From: Calditrichia bacterium
Lineage (GTDB): Bacteria; Calditrichota; Calditrichia; JAJRVZ01
Length of the DNA stretch: 64,000 nucleotides
Assembly (NCBI GenBank): GCA_963796965.1
Contig: CAWCNS010000011.1
Coordinates: forward strand, 96,001 to 160,000
Direction: 5' to 3'
Shown here: one piece after another, positions 18,914-30,601 of the stretch
Numbering within the stretch: the first letter of the stretch is position 1
Layout of the letters: every line of letters starts with the position of its first letter
Notes under the pieces: model-generated
Told to the model about the DNA's origin: nothing
The model's input: only the letters and a program-made list of their open reading frames with translations
Databases searched by the model: none
Made by a program: the position numbers and the translations under genes

Positions 18914-20183
18914 TCATCTTATTTCTTATTCTCGGTTCAGGTACCTTTTTCCACCACCAAATTATCGAAATCGTAGAAAATAATCCAGCCAAAATAAAAA
19001 CCGGATTATATCCAAATTTATCCGCCAACATCCCTCCAAGCACACCGGTTAGAATGAAAGGTGCTGTAATCATATTTGTTAGGGCGACAAATACAGGCCG
19101 ATTTTCCTCCTCACACAATTCTACAACCATGGCCAAACGCGAGAGATGGAATAACGATGTGGTTAATGCTGCACCTGCAAAAACTATATAGTAAACTTCT
19201 AATACTGGTGCCCAGATTGCTGTCATACAAATAATTGAGGTAGAAACAGCAGCAACCATGAGATTGTTTCTATGGCCGAACCGATCGGCAAGATAGCCAA
19301 AGACTAAATTACCAACAATCATACTTACCATCATGATAACAAGAAAATGACCAGCATATTTTTCAGGGAGATTGAATTTTTTTAGAGCATTTACCGTATA
19401 AAATGCATCTGCCATCAATGCTGCCATCATTAAGGCATCGGCAACAAGAAAATTACGAAATCTCGTATTTTCCTTGAGAATAACAACTAAATTTTTATAG
19501 TAATCACTTCCAGTAAGTTTTTGACGCGCAACATTTGGATGCTTTTCCCTCAATAACGTCACAAAAAAATAGGAGAATATCATAAAGGTAAATGCCAACA
19601 AGAAGAGTAAGGCAAAATTATTCGGAAAAGAAATTGTATCTAAGATGTGCGTAACCAGCACACCTGCTCCAATACCCAATAGAGCCCCCAGAACAAATCG
19701 GAAAGCAAATAAACGACCGCGGAGCTGGACCGGAGTGATCTTTGATACTAGATCATACCATCCTGGAAGGCCAATACTGCCGGCTATGGATGCCATGAAT
19801 AATGTTCCTAAAACCAGCAATTGGGCGACGATACTGGGCACCTGTGTTACAAAGAAATATGTAAGAAAGGCTAGCAATAACCAGGGGAAACGTTGTATAA
19901 GGGCGGTAACTAAAACAAATTTCTTTTTAAATGGTAATTTACCCGTGTAGTTTGCAATTAAAATCTGGGGAAAGTTTAGGCCAAACATCCAGATAACGGG
20001 AATCATTCCGATGGCAAGGTTACTGCCACCTAACTTTTTTATTAAAACCGGGATCACGGTAACAAGTGATACAAAGGCCATACCCATAACATATAATGCA
20101 CCATCGAATAGATTCGCAAAGAAATTTACCTTTACATCACCAGATTCCTCAAACTGATCAAAACGAATCACAGAAACATTCAT
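18903..20183 (-). CDS. MFS transporter
   Basis: About 12 TM segments, 'GYLADRFGHR', 'GMLADKFG'. Confidence 0.88.
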   Translation of the reverse strand: MNVSVIRFDQFEESGDVKVNFFANLFDGALYVMGMAFVSLVTVIPVLIKKLGGSNLAIGMIPVIWMFGLNFPQILIANYTGKLPFKKKFVLVTALIQRFPWLLLAFLTYFFVTQVPSIVAQLLVLGTLFMASIAGSIGLPGWYDLVSKITPVQLRGRLFAFRFVLGALLGIGAGVLVTHILDTISFPNNFALLFLLAFTFMIFSYFFVTLLREKHPNVARQKLTGSDYYKNLVVILKENTRFRNFLVADALMMAALMADAFYTVNALKKFNLPEKYAGHFLVIMMVSMIVGNLVFGYLADRFGHRNNLMVAAVSTSIICMTAIWAPVLEVYYIVFAGAALTTSLFHLSRLAMVVELCEEENRPVFVALTNMITAPFILTGVLGGMLADKFGYNPVFILAGLFSTISIIWWWKKVPEPRIRNKMNAR

Positions 20184-20360
20184 CCTCTAACATAAATCTC
20201 TTGCGCTATAGTAGTACAAAACAATTAGTTAGTATCTAATATAATTTTGAGATTTAACTTTGATTTTCACTATCAACTAAATTAACATATAAGAATAACA
20301 GTTACAATATTGATAGCCACCAACAAAAAAGTGAAAAAGAGGCTGACAAAAGAAATATTT

Positions 20361-20409
20361 ACCACGGAGATACCCCCGTGAAACGGGGCAGGCCAGAAAG
20401 ACACAGAAT
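20361..20409 (+). repeat. Dispersed intergenic hairpin repeat, copy A
   Basis: ACCACGGAGatACCCCCGTGAAACGGGGCAGGCC; near-identical reverse complement at 42105-42155. Confidence 0.7.
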
Positions 20410-20490
20410 AATAAAATTGATATATTACAATTAGATTCCGTCCAAATTTATAATTCTAAATTCTCAATTCTTAATTGCTTCCAGGTTTAG

Positions 20491-22728
20491 TTACTCCCAC
20501 GCCATCTTGAAGACATACATAAAATAGGCAACAAGATATAATAGAAGACATATTATCATCATAAAGTTAAATCCCAACGTGAAAGCTACAAATACAGCTA
20601 ATGTTGATCCAAAAATAGAAGCGGTTCCATTAACGGCAAAGCCCCAATCAACAAGATTTCCTACGCGCAGAGCTGCTTTAGGAAAGGGCATCCCCATAAA
20701 AAAGCCCAGAGGTGCGACAAAAATAACAACCAGAATAATTCTGGACCAAAGTTCAAGATCACCGAACCAATACATCATCTTGGTAAGAAAAAAGATATCT
20801 AACAAGATCCAAAATATTATAAATGAAAAGACAAGATTCTCATCTGTTTTTTTTGAGAACCGACTCCCTATTCCTGAACTTATCAGGAGAGTAAATAAAA
20901 TTGTAATAATGCTATAAACGGAAGGACCTATTAATAGGGTATATTTCTGTATTAAAATAATTTCCAGCCCCATAAAAGCCATTCCAATCGTAAAAAAATA
21001 AAGCCAGGGTATCATTCTTAATTTTTCACCCGAATAGAAATAGGGTAATAGATTAAGGGGGGTAATGAATAGGAATACAGCAAATAAGATTATCACTACT
21101 ATCAAACGGGAAAGCGGAAATCCAAGCCAATCACTATATCCGGCGATCCGCTTAATTTTAGAGAAATCAAGATTATCCCATAATCCCATTTGGGCAATAA
21201 AGGGCCGATCATCATCACTTGGTTCGAGATTTAATTTTGATGAATCCGCCATTGCTCTCCAACCCCTCTCAATCTGTTGGTTGTAACGATTGTCTTTTAG
21301 AGAATCGGGAGCAGGATAAAGCATTTCCGCATAACGAAAATCTTTCCTCGCATACTCACCCCACGCTTCATCAAGTAAATCCTGAGTTAGGGGCTTCTTA
21401 GAAAGCAATAACATTTTCCTGCTGCTGTTTTTTAAGGCATAAACAGCAATATGTGATTGGGGGGATTCAACGCCCAGACGCTGAAGCGCTTCCATGACTG
21501 CACTGACAAGACGGGGCATGAACGCCTGATGCTCCATTAACAAATACCCTTTGTGACTAAGTGCATGCCAGTAATCCATAAAAGCTTCTGTTGTATAGAT
21601 ATAATTTTCAGCCAGGGCAAAAGCACCAGAGGCTAAAGCAGCAAAAGAGTTGGAGCTGAATGAATAAATGAGATCAAATTTTCCATCAAAGCGACGCACA
21701 TAGGACCTGGCATCTTCGGAGACAACGATTACACGATTATCATTGTATATATTCCCCGAAAACTCAGCCAGATCACCTTCTAAAAGTAAGTGATTTAAAT
21801 GAGCAATAACTTCTACAGCATGGATTTCTGTCGCACCATCCTGCAAAGCCTGGAAGACATCCTGTCCCCCTCCGGCACCCAATGATAAAAAAGTGCAGGA
21901 ATCAAATTTACTAATCAAATACGCGACAATATGAAATCCAAACTTTAATGAATCCGGTCGATCCCAGTTTCCATCAAAACCATTTACGCCGGTATTGGCT
22001 GCATTGTCAATATTGATGCGTCGGTACTCCTCGCCATAATCGTAGATTTTGATTTTTGACATGGCATCCCAATGTTTATAGATAACCGGTATTTTTTCTT
22101 CTCTGGGCACCTCTAAGATATCATCTGCATAATATCCAATAATGCAGAGAAGTAAGATTGCACTTAGTGGTAAAATTTTTCGTAATCCTCGGATATGTAA
22201 TATAGCGAGAAGAAAAAGTGGCAGAGAAGAAACTACAACGGTAATAGGTGTTCCTAAAATATTCATTAAAACGATAGAAAATATGACACCAAATCCTGCC
22301 CCAATTAAATCACCCATGTATAGATATGGCATTTCCTGTGGTTTATTTTTAAAAATTAATCCCAGGGTCATACCACCAAAAAAGAAAGTACTATTAAGAA
22401 TAATTAATGTTAGGAAGAGTTTCCCTACCATAAAAATATCAAAAAACAGGACAGAGAAGTCAAGCCCTAGCCTGAATACAAGCGGTGGCCCAATGAGGGC
22501 GGCAAGGCCTGAAAGAGATAACATCCAGCCAAGATTATTTAAATTATCAAGTTTTTTAAATAGACGAAGACTTAAGGCACCTAAGCCAAGTCCGGCAACA
22601 GCTAACGATAATACAAGGAATGCAAAAGTATAGAAAAATTCAGCGGAAAAAATTCTGGTCCAGGCCATCTCCAATGATATAAGTGAAAAAGATAATACAG
22701 CTACCGTCAACATCCTGTTTCGATTCAT
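20491..22728 (-). CDS. Polytopic membrane protein with central spermidine-synthase-like SAM-binding domain
   Basis: TM bundles at both ends; 'LSLGAGGGQDV', 'AVEV', 'EDARSYV', 'ENYIYTTEAF', 'FFMGMPFP', 'WGFAVNG'. Confidence 0.8.
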   Translation of the reverse strand: MNRNRMLTVAVLSFSLISLEMAWTRIFSAEFFYTFAFLVLSLAVAGLGLGALSLRLFKKLDNLNNLGWMLSLSGLAALIGPPLVFRLGLDFSVLFFDIFMVGKLFLTLIILNSTFFFGGMTLGLIFKNKPQEMPYLYMGDLIGAGFGVIFSIVLMNILGTPITVVVSSLPLFLLAILHIRGLRKILPLSAILLLCIIGYYADDILEVPREEKIPVIYKHWDAMSKIKIYDYGEEYRRINIDNAANTGVNGFDGNWDRPDSLKFGFHIVAYLISKFDSCTFLSLGAGGGQDVFQALQDGATEIHAVEVIAHLNHLLLEGDLAEFSGNIYNDNRVIVVSEDARSYVRRFDGKFDLIYSFSSNSFAALASGAFALAENYIYTTEAFMDYWHALSHKGYLLMEHQAFMPRLVSAVMEALQRLGVESPQSHIAVYALKNSSRKMLLLSKKPLTQDLLDEAWGEYARKDFRYAEMLYPAPDSLKDNRYNQQIERGWRAMADSSKLNLEPSDDDRPFIAQMGLWDNLDFSKIKRIAGYSDWLGFPLSRLIVVIILFAVFLFITPLNLLPYFYSGEKLRMIPWLYFFTIGMAFMGLEIILIQKYTLLIGPSVYSIITILFTLLISSGIGSRFSKKTDENLVFSFIIFWILLDIFFLTKMMYWFGDLELWSRIILVVIFVAPLGFFMGMPFPKAALRVGNLVDWGFAVNGTASIFGSTLAVFVAFTLGFNFMMIICLLLYLVAYFMYVFKMAWE

Positions 22729-23118
22729 TGTATCTCCAGTTCGGTTTTAAAAGCTCCAATATGGCACATTAAAGGAATGCGTTGTTCTTGTTACTATAAC
22801 TATCGCTCTCATTTTTTAAATTATTGATTTACCCTGATTTTTGAGTGACTAAAAATTTATGATATGATGGTTCCATAAAAACAATAATTTGGACCATCAA
22901 ATTAGACCTTATCAGCAGGATGCTGATAAGATGATCATACGTAATAAATTGTGAAAATGTTCTTTAAATTCAAAGATATTTTTTAATGACCAGGCAAGAC
23001 ATACATAGCCTGATGAAATCGAAAGAAGTTTCATGATACTATTTTCAAGTTTTTCAGAATTATATCCCTAAATTCGTTAAGTTTTATCCTTATAAAATTC
23101 ATCACGGGAGAAATCACA

Positions 23119-24159
23119 TTGAAAAAATCTTTTTTACCCTTTCCAGGGTTTGTGATAATCTTTTTCATCACTATCATTTTATATATGAATGCAAACGCAC
23201 AAATCTTACCAGAAAATTACGATCCTTTTCTACGACCCAATGTCGAATCAGGTCCAACAGAGGTGGAAATCGGAATCTACGTTTATGATATCATTGAAAT
23301 ATCGGATGTGGATCGTACCTGTACCATTGATTTTTTTGTTAATGCCGAGTGGATTGATCCAAGACTTGCCCTGGAATCTTCTGGCGTAAAATCAGGCAAT
23401 CAAAGACTTCCGATTGAAAGTGTCTGGAATCCAAAAATACTTTTAGCAAACCAGCGAGAAATAGAAAAAAAATACCCTAATGAAGTGACTATTGATAAAA
23501 ATGGGGTTGTTCACTATTTTCAGCGTTACAACGGAACGATTATCTTTGCACATGACCTGCACGATTTCCCTTTTGATAGCCAGGCGCTAAATCTCACATT
23601 CGTTTCCCGCGGCTATGACTCGACCGAGGTAAAGCTGGTTGAATATAAACGTAGAACCGGCCAAAGTGCTTCCTTCTCAATTGCCGATTGGAGCATTTAC
23701 AGTGGACATGGAATGTCAGGTAGTTTATTTATCGCTCCCAGGAACAAACACTTATCAACCTGGATCTATTCTATAGCCATAAGTCGTCAAGCAGGGTTTT
23801 ATATTTGGAAGGTTATCGTTCCCCTTTGCCTGATCATTTTTATGTCCTGGACCATATTTATTATCAGACCAGACCAGGTAGGTGCTCAGATTGGTATATC
23901 CACCGCCTCCGTTCTTACCCTGATCATCTTTCAATTCAGTCTTAGTCAACTTGTACCAAAAGTCTCTTATCTGACACGAATCGATCAGTTCAGTGTGGGA
24001 GCTATTATCCTTGTGTTTTTAGCCTTACTTGAATCTATCTACACCGTGATGCTTTGGGTCAAAGGGCGGGAAACACACTCAATGAGAATGGATCGTTGGT
24101 CGTTACTCATCTTTCCGACCTTATTTATATTAAATTATATAAATGCTTTTGTGATATAG
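23119..24159 (+). CDS. Prokaryotic pentameric ligand-gated ion channel (GLIC/ELIC-like)
   Basis: Signal peptide, 'WIDPRL', 'VWNPKI', Pro-loop 'DFPFDSQ', pre-M1 Arg, four TMs with M1 Pro and 'PKVSYLTRID'. Confidence 0.88.
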   Translation: MKKSFLPFPGFVIIFFITIILYMNANAQILPENYDPFLRPNVESGPTEVEIGIYVYDIIEISDVDRTCTIDFFVNAEWIDPRLALESSGVKSGNQRLPIESVWNPKILLANQREIEKKYPNEVTIDKNGVVHYFQRYNGTIIFAHDLHDFPFDSQALNLTFVSRGYDSTEVKLVEYKRRTGQSASFSIADWSIYSGHGMSGSLFIAPRNKHLSTWIYSIAISRQAGFYIWKVIVPLCLIIFMSWTIFIIRPDQVGAQIGISTASVLTLIIFQFSLSQLVPKVSYLTRIDQFSVGAIILVFLALLESIYTVMLWVKGRETHSMRMDRWSLLIFPTLFILNYINAFVI

Positions 24160-24554
24160 ATACTCTGGCGATAATGACAAATGAAAAAATCCCAATATCA
24201 AATGAATATCCAATTCCCAATTTATAGAACTTAGTCTTACTTTGACATTGAGACATTGGGATTTGATTTAACATTTGGGCTTTGGCATTGGACATTTTTA
24301 AATACTGCCAAATCTTTTATCATGGTTAACAATTTCCACATTTTCTTAAAATCATTTTAGATATGAGATAATTGGCCTTTTTTCTTTTTTTAATGAATCG
24401 CTATGATTATATTTTTCTACCTTAACATTTTATTGATTGTTAATTCTTAAAGCATCATTTTTACACAATAATATTGAATATAATTGTAACAATGTGTTAA
24501 AAATTAAAGTGGCCACCCCACTTCGTATTTACATAATATTTATAAGGATCAATA

Positions 24555-25025
24555 ATGCTAAAAGTAAATTCATTAAGAAGTCTTGTTCTTGCAGGGACAG
24601 TATTAGGAGTAATGGCCAGTTTAGCTCTCACCGGCTGTCAGTCTGATTCAAATAAAACTGATAAAACGATTTCTGGTAAAAACGCAGATGTACAGGAATC
24701 TATACAGACAGAGCCTGCAGATTATGCAAAACTTGTCGGTCGTTGGCTACGCCCGGATGGTGGCTATATCATTGAGATTCAGAAGGTTGATATTAATGGG
24801 CAAATAAAGGCAGCCTACTATAATCCACGAAGCATAAATGTATCACAAGCATTAGCAGCACAAAAAGACGGCGCCATCGAAGTATTTATCGAATTACGTG
24901 ATACAGGGTATCCCGGTGCCACCTATACGCTTAAATACGATCAGGGGAATGATATTTTGGTTGGCCTTTATTATCAACCGGCAGCTGGGCAGACTTTTGA
25001 CGTGCAATTCATACGAAAAGAATAA
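24555..25025 (+). CDS. Hypothetical lipoprotein
   Basis: Lipobox 'LTGC'; beta-rich domain 'GRWLRPDGGY'. Confidence 0.7.
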   Translation: MLKVNSLRSLVLAGTVLGVMASLALTGCQSDSNKTDKTISGKNADVQESIQTEPADYAKLVGRWLRPDGGYIIEIQKVDINGQIKAAYYNPRSINVSQALAAQKDGAIEVFIELRDTGYPGATYTLKYDQGNDILVGLYYQPAAGQTFDVQFIRKE

Positions 25026-25223
25026 TAAAAGCAATTAAGAATTATAAATTAAGAATTTTGAATTGCTATAAATTTCTCAAAAATGTCATTCCGAATTTAT
25101 TTCGGAATCTATTATTAAACCTGAAAGTAACCTAAGATCTTTACTTGGATATTATATCCTATAAAATAATCCGAGAAATTAGTCAAAATTCGTGAAATTC
25201 GTGGATATTCGTTTTATCTGGCG

Positions 25224-26611
25224 TCAATTTATCGTTTCGATAATATCCCTCACAAATCTCTCCTGATCCCAACCACCTTTCTTACTTAGCCCAAGTCTGA
25301 CCACAACAAGATCATAATCAGGAATAATATTTACAAATTGACCATCATGTCCGGAGGCAAAATACATGCTTTTCAATTCTGGATGTGGACTATCCTTTGC
25401 TGGTAACCAGAAATGAGCTGCATATCGCCCTCTCCCTGATATTTCTGTCCTGCTCGATGAAAATGTTACCCAACCCTCTGGAAGGATCCGCTCCTCATCC
25501 CAAACACCATCCTGTAAATAGAGTAATCCAAACCGGGCCCAATCCCTTGCAGTGGCATATGCAAATGAAGATCCCACATACGTCCCCCCAGGGTCTGTTT
25601 CCATCACGGCACTAAACATTCCTATCCGATGAAACAGGGACTTAAAGGGAAATTCCAGGTATGATTTATAGTCACCTCCAAATTTCTCTCGGATGGTTTG
25701 AGAGATGATATTGCTGGTTCCGCTGGAATAATACCATTTTGTACCCGGTGGTTGTGCTAAAGGTTTATCTGCCGCATAGTGAGCAGCGCTGATAGAATTA
25801 AAAAGCATCACCACAACATCTGAAAGAGGATTTCCATAAGATTCATCAAAATCTAATCCGCTGCTCATGCGCATCATCTGCTCCAGGGTTATTTGTTTTC
25901 TCGGATCATCCTCATCCTGCCATTCTGAAGCAAGTGCTTGTTCTTCCAATGATAATTTGCCTTGTTTAACCAATATGCCAACTAATGCATTTGTAATGCT
26001 TTTTGTCATAGACCAGCCAATCAGGGGTGTTGTTTCATCAAAAGGCGCTGCATATTTCTCCGCCACGATTTGTCCCTTATAGGCGACAACTACTGCCCGC
26101 GTGCGCAAAAGGCGATTGGGATTTGTCTCTTCGAAGGCAGAGTCAATCACTAATTTTAGTTTTTCAACATTAATTCCTTCCGGGGCCTCTTTGAGGTCTA
26201 CAACGTTTCCTTTAGGCCAAATTTTAGTGGTATACTCTTCACCAGGTACTACCTGACAGATAGTATGCACCCTGCTATTGTCATGAGGGTCATCCGCTAG
26301 ATCCAAAACCGAACCCAAACAGGGTCTATAAAAAGCCGTCTGACTGATAAGATTTAAGGGTGCGCTGACTGTGACAGATTTGCTTTTATGATCCACCTCA
26401 TACGAAAAGTATTTCAAAAGTGGATCATAGACATCTTCTTTGGCTACCTTGTCCGGATCCATTCCTGAAACATACACATGGGAGCACATCATTTTGCCAT
26501 ATATCCGGCACCGACCGCCGTCAGTTGATAAGCATAATAACCGGCGTAGATGAGTACAAAAAAGAGAACAATTGCCACACCAGCGGCAAAACGTTTGATG
26601 GTTTTTTTCAC
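25224..26611 (-). CDS. Serine hydrolase, beta-lactamase class C/esterase family (frameshift ~26493)
   Basis: SxxK 'WSMTKS', 'YYSSG', 'ARFGLLYLQDG', 'SGHDGQ'; N-terminal TM from GTG 26611 joins across an A-run. Confidence 0.85.
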
Positions 26612-26785
26612 AATGATGATGATTTTTGAGTTTTATTGATATTTAATTTGGGTATAAAAGAAAAAAATAGTCTTTTCTACTTATATTTAAAGGCAGTGGA
26701 TATGGAATTAGGAACTTGGAGTTAACGAATTCCAAATCCCTAATTCCCAATTACATTTACAATACCCTATACTTTAAACCTGTAT

Positions 26786-27343
26786 TTATTTCTCGGGAGG
26801 AAATTCACTCAGCATTTTGCTCACGACCTCATCAATATTTTTCTGTTGCTTTTCTTGATCGGGCTCTTCCCTCACAACACCTGTTGCTGTACCGCGCCAA
26901 ACCATTTCTTTCTTTTTTGCATCCATTATATCAATGACCAGGGTCGTTTCATCGTATTGGTATACATCTGTTCCACCATAGCCGCCATAGCCACCCCATC
27001 CGCGACCATATCCGCCGTAACCATAGCCACCATAACCATAATTAGTTACTTGTGTTTTTTGTTTGTCTCCGGCATGGATGATAACGACAAAATCAAAAGC
27101 ATCTTGCGTACCTATGGCATATCCTTTGGCCTGCAAGGCTTTATCAATGCCAGCACCAACACGTTTTTTTACCAGCGGATTTGCATTTAACACATCATCA
27201 TCGGGCATTTTACCTGAATACCACATATAGGTCTTATAGCTGCCAAAATCAGCTGCCGGATCAAAGTCCGTCTTAAATGCAATTGACGAACAACCCCATA
27301 CTAATAATAAACTGAGAACAATTAATAAAATACCGTAGCGCAT
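26786..27343 (-). CDS. DUF4136-like lipoprotein
   Basis: 'VWGC' lipobox, 'DFGSYKTY', Gly/Tyr-rich loop, 'TLVIDIMD...VWRG...FPP'. Confidence 0.85.
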   Translation of the reverse strand: MRYGILLIVLSLLLVWGCSSIAFKTDFDPAADFGSYKTYMWYSGKMPDDDVLNANPLVKKRVGAGIDKALQAKGYAIGTQDAFDFVVIIHAGDKQKTQVTNYGYGGYGYGGYGRGWGGYGGYGGTDVYQYDETTLVIDIMDAKKKEMVWRGTATGVVREEPDQEKQQKNIDEVVSKMLSEFPPEK

Positions 27344-27623
27344 ATCGAATCTCCTTTGGTTAGTTTTAAATGATATTTCTTGAATAAAGTGGATTTATAT
27401 ATATTATTATAAAAAGGTTTAAGGATAAATTTTCCTGTAAAAACATTCGTTCAGTAAATTGATCTATAATTAACCTATAAGACCAAATCTATTTGAATTT
27501 ATTCCATAAAATATAGCATTTAATTAATCACCAAACCGATATTTTTTAGTATCAGGTAGTAAATCTCACAATTCACCCACTTCTAAAAAAGTAATCATCA
27601 ATTTTTATTAACACCATATAAAA

Positions 27624-28973
27624 TTATAAAACCCATCCCTGGCGATAGGGGCGGTGCAAAAATTCATTCGCTTCAGGGACATTGGTTATTTTCATGTTGT
27701 CTGAATCCCAATTGAGTTTTTTTCCCGTTCTGATTGCAATATTTCCCAATAAGGTCGTTTCGGTCATCGGACCGGCAAAATCAAAATTGGATTTTGCTGA
27801 CCCTTCACCCTTACATGCTGCCACCCATTCTTGCCTGTGACCTATTGAACGGGGAATGGTTGGTTCAGGTTTTTATATGCCTTCATTTTTGATTCCGGAA
27901 TAATTCGCAGACCACCAGCGCCATGAGATCCACATAAGATTTTACCCTTTGAACCCACATAAAGCGCACCACCAAACTGATCACCCATGGACCGCCCTTC
28001 TTCCAACTCTTCCGGTCTGGGTGGCATAAGCCCACCGTCATACCAAACCAATTTCAGAGGTGGGAATCTTTCTCTTGCCGGAAAACGATAAGTTACCAGG
28101 GATGCCCGGGGATAGGTTTCCGTTATTCACATCTTTTGTCCAATTTAATCCGTGGGTGACAAATGTAGAAAAACTGGCTTCCACAGCTTGTTGGTGCACC
28201 TAATTTTAATGACCAAATGATATGATCAAAAATATGACAACCCATATCTCCCAGACCACCGGTTCCAAAATCCCACCACCCTCGCCACATGGTTGGATGA
28301 TAGCAGGGATTATAGGGGCGGGCTGGTGCGGGTCCAAGCCATAGATCCCATGCCAGCGTTTCCGGAACTGGAGGTGTTTCCTTTGGTCTGCTGGATACCC
28401 TGAGGCCAAACCGGATGGGGCGTCCAGGCATGAACTTCATTCACCTCACCTATGGCATCATCCCAAATCCATTCACAAAGTAAACGGATACTCTCACTGG
28501 CATGGCCCATATTTCCCATTTGTGTAACCACCCCTGCCTGTCTTGCTGCCTCTGTTACTTTTCTGGCTTCATGAACGGTATACGTCAGGGGTTTCTCTGT
28601 ATAAACATGCTTATTTAAATTAATCGCCATCATTGTAGCCGTAGCATGGACATGATCGGGAGTAGAAACAACCACGGCATCAATATCTTTTTGCTTTTCA
28701 AGCATTATGCGAAAATCTTTATATTTTTCTGCTTTGGGATGTTTTTCAAAAGTCTTGGCAGCCCGGTTCCAATCCACATCGCATAGCGCGACGATATTTT
28801 CTGTTTCCATTTGGCTCAAATTATGACCACCCTGTCCCCCAACGCCCAATACCCGCAATATTCAATTTATCACTTGGAGCAATAAACCCTGAGCCACCAA
28901 GTACATGACGTGGCAAAAAAACGAATGCGGAAACTGCAGCTGCTGAACCCTGAATAAATTTTCTACGTTTCAT
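27624..28973 (-). CDS. Tat-exported Gfo/Idh/MocA oxidoreductase (several frameshifts)
   Basis: MKRRKF Tat signal from ATG 28973, 'STPDHVH', 'EKPLT', 'WDLWLGPAP', '[15 protein letters not shown]'. Confidence 0.88.
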
Positions 28974-29273
28974 GTTTATCTCCAATTTTAATCTATACTC
29001 TTACTGAAATTAGGTGTGGAACGACATTATTATAAGCCTAAAAATAAGAAAATAATCATCAATTCCACAATTTTTATGGAGAATTTTTTTTCTGTTAAAC
29101 TTATGTTCCGGAATCCCTGTCCGACTATCAAAACTGATATTTGTAAAATATATGAACCCTGATCGGAATAATGAGAGATCAAAATCATTTACTGAAATAA
29201 TATGATGAATCTAATTGTTACAAATGTAAGAGAGCTTATTAATGTTCATTTTTAACCAATGGGAGATCTAATT

Positions 29274-29957
29274 ATGAAGAAAAGCTTAACATTGCTAATG
29301 TCCGCATCACTTTTTCTGGTTTTTATTGCCAGTTGTAGTAAGAAATCAGCTGACCCCTCTTCACGGGTAGAAGAAAACGGTCTTACAAAAGAGATTAATG
29401 ATTTTGTACCACCCTCGGTATTGGCAATTATAGATTCTTTAGGGATGCCTGTTTATAAAGGTGGCAATCCGCCGAGTATTGGTGGTTCCTATCTTTGTGA
29501 TCCTTTTAAACTGATCAACAGTAATCGTTCTGGTGACTATATTGGGTCAATCTACTCTGATTATTATGTAAAATTTTCAAATCAGAACAATGAAGACCTG
29601 ACCATTAACATGGATTACGTAAACGGACCTGAGAATGGTACGGGTATTGGCGGATTTATTGTAGGAGATAATGGCGCTTTTTCTGTATTTTCTGAACTAA
29701 CCGTTGTTGCATATTCTGACACAGCTTATATACTCAATTTGATTTCAGGAAAAATAAAGGAAGAGGGAATAGAGGATTTTTATCTTGCTCTCTTGATGCT
29801 TGATAATTTAGGTAATCCCCACGGCTATTTTATTAACGATGAAGATGGACGTGTCTTTATGGATGATGATGGAATGGCAGATGAGATTGCTGATTTTACA
29901 AAGCTGGCAAAGGAATCATTTACAAGACAGCGGACAGCTTCCACTGTTGAACCGTAA
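29274..29957 (+). CDS. Hypothetical lipoprotein
   Basis: 'IASC' lipobox, GGAG RBS. Confidence 0.7.
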   Translation: MKKSLTLLMSASLFLVFIASCSKKSADPSSRVEENGLTKEINDFVPPSVLAIIDSLGMPVYKGGNPPSIGGSYLCDPFKLINSNRSGDYIGSIYSDYYVKFSNQNNEDLTINMDYVNGPENGTGIGGFIVGDNGAFSVFSELTVVAYSDTAYILNLISGKIKEEGIEDFYLALLMLDNLGNPHGYFINDEDGRVFMDDDGMADEIADFTKLAKESFTRQRTASTVEP

Positions 29958-30007
29958 AAATTTACAACAATTGAAGATCCGATTCTATTCGTTGATTGAT
30001 ATTTAAT

Positions 30008-30036
30008 GTAGAGACGTCCCGGCGGGACGTCTCTAC
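30008..30036. repeat. GTAG-type REP-like palindrome / terminator
   Basis: GTAGAGACGTCCC-GGC-GGGACGTCTCTAC, perfect 13-bp arms. Confidence 0.7.
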
Positions 30037-30080
30037 TACTTTTTGACAATAAAATAAATATATATTGGTTTAATCAAAAA

Positions 30081-30520
30081 TTATTCCAGCGGCTTCCCCT
30101 CTGAATCAATACTTCCGGCAACCACAAGAACCACCTAATCGAAATTGATATATGTCTATATAATCTCATTTACTTGTTATAGCGTAACTTTATCCAATTC
30201 CCGTGGATACCTATCAATATCTCCCACATCAAACCCACGCTTTACAAAACTGAGTAACTGGGCTGCAAGGCCACGTATCGTTTCAAGATTTATCAGATAT
30301 TCTCCACTGGCCCGGGATTTTATATTTTAAAATTCCTCTTCAGCAATACCCTCATCAGCCCATTTCCTTGATTCTCTCCTGGTTGAAGTGAAACCCTTGT
30401 CCAGCAAATCAGGAGAGAATGTTATCGATTTTGGCCTATAATAATTGGTATAGAAATTTTTAATATCCTCTAGTGTTACTTTTTCTACATCAGCAATCAA
30501 TTTGTCAATTGTTGCACCAT
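30081..30520 (-). pseudogene. Remnant of an M16 (insulinase/PqqL-like) peptidase C-terminal region
   Basis: Hand translation 'IADVEKVTLEDIKNFYTNYYRP...EGIAEEEF*NIKSR...IDRYPRELDKVTL*QVNEII...VVAGS'; in-frame stops and no start. Confidence 0.65.
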
Positions 30521-30601
30521 ATAATTATTATATAGATATTACAACTGATTGATGATAAAGATTATTAAAATCTATTGAGCTTAATGATGGCGGAGGTTCG
30601 A

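Noticed and set aside
17882..20183. Hydrolase and MFS as peptidase/exporter of the peptide locus
   Set aside because: They form an operon with a polyol dehydrogenase converging on the locus and lack the shared enhancer; more likely sugar-related
26975..27045. Repetitive CCATAGCCACC tract
   Set aside because: Encodes the Gly/Tyr-rich loop of the DUF4136-like lipoprotein; not an independent repeat
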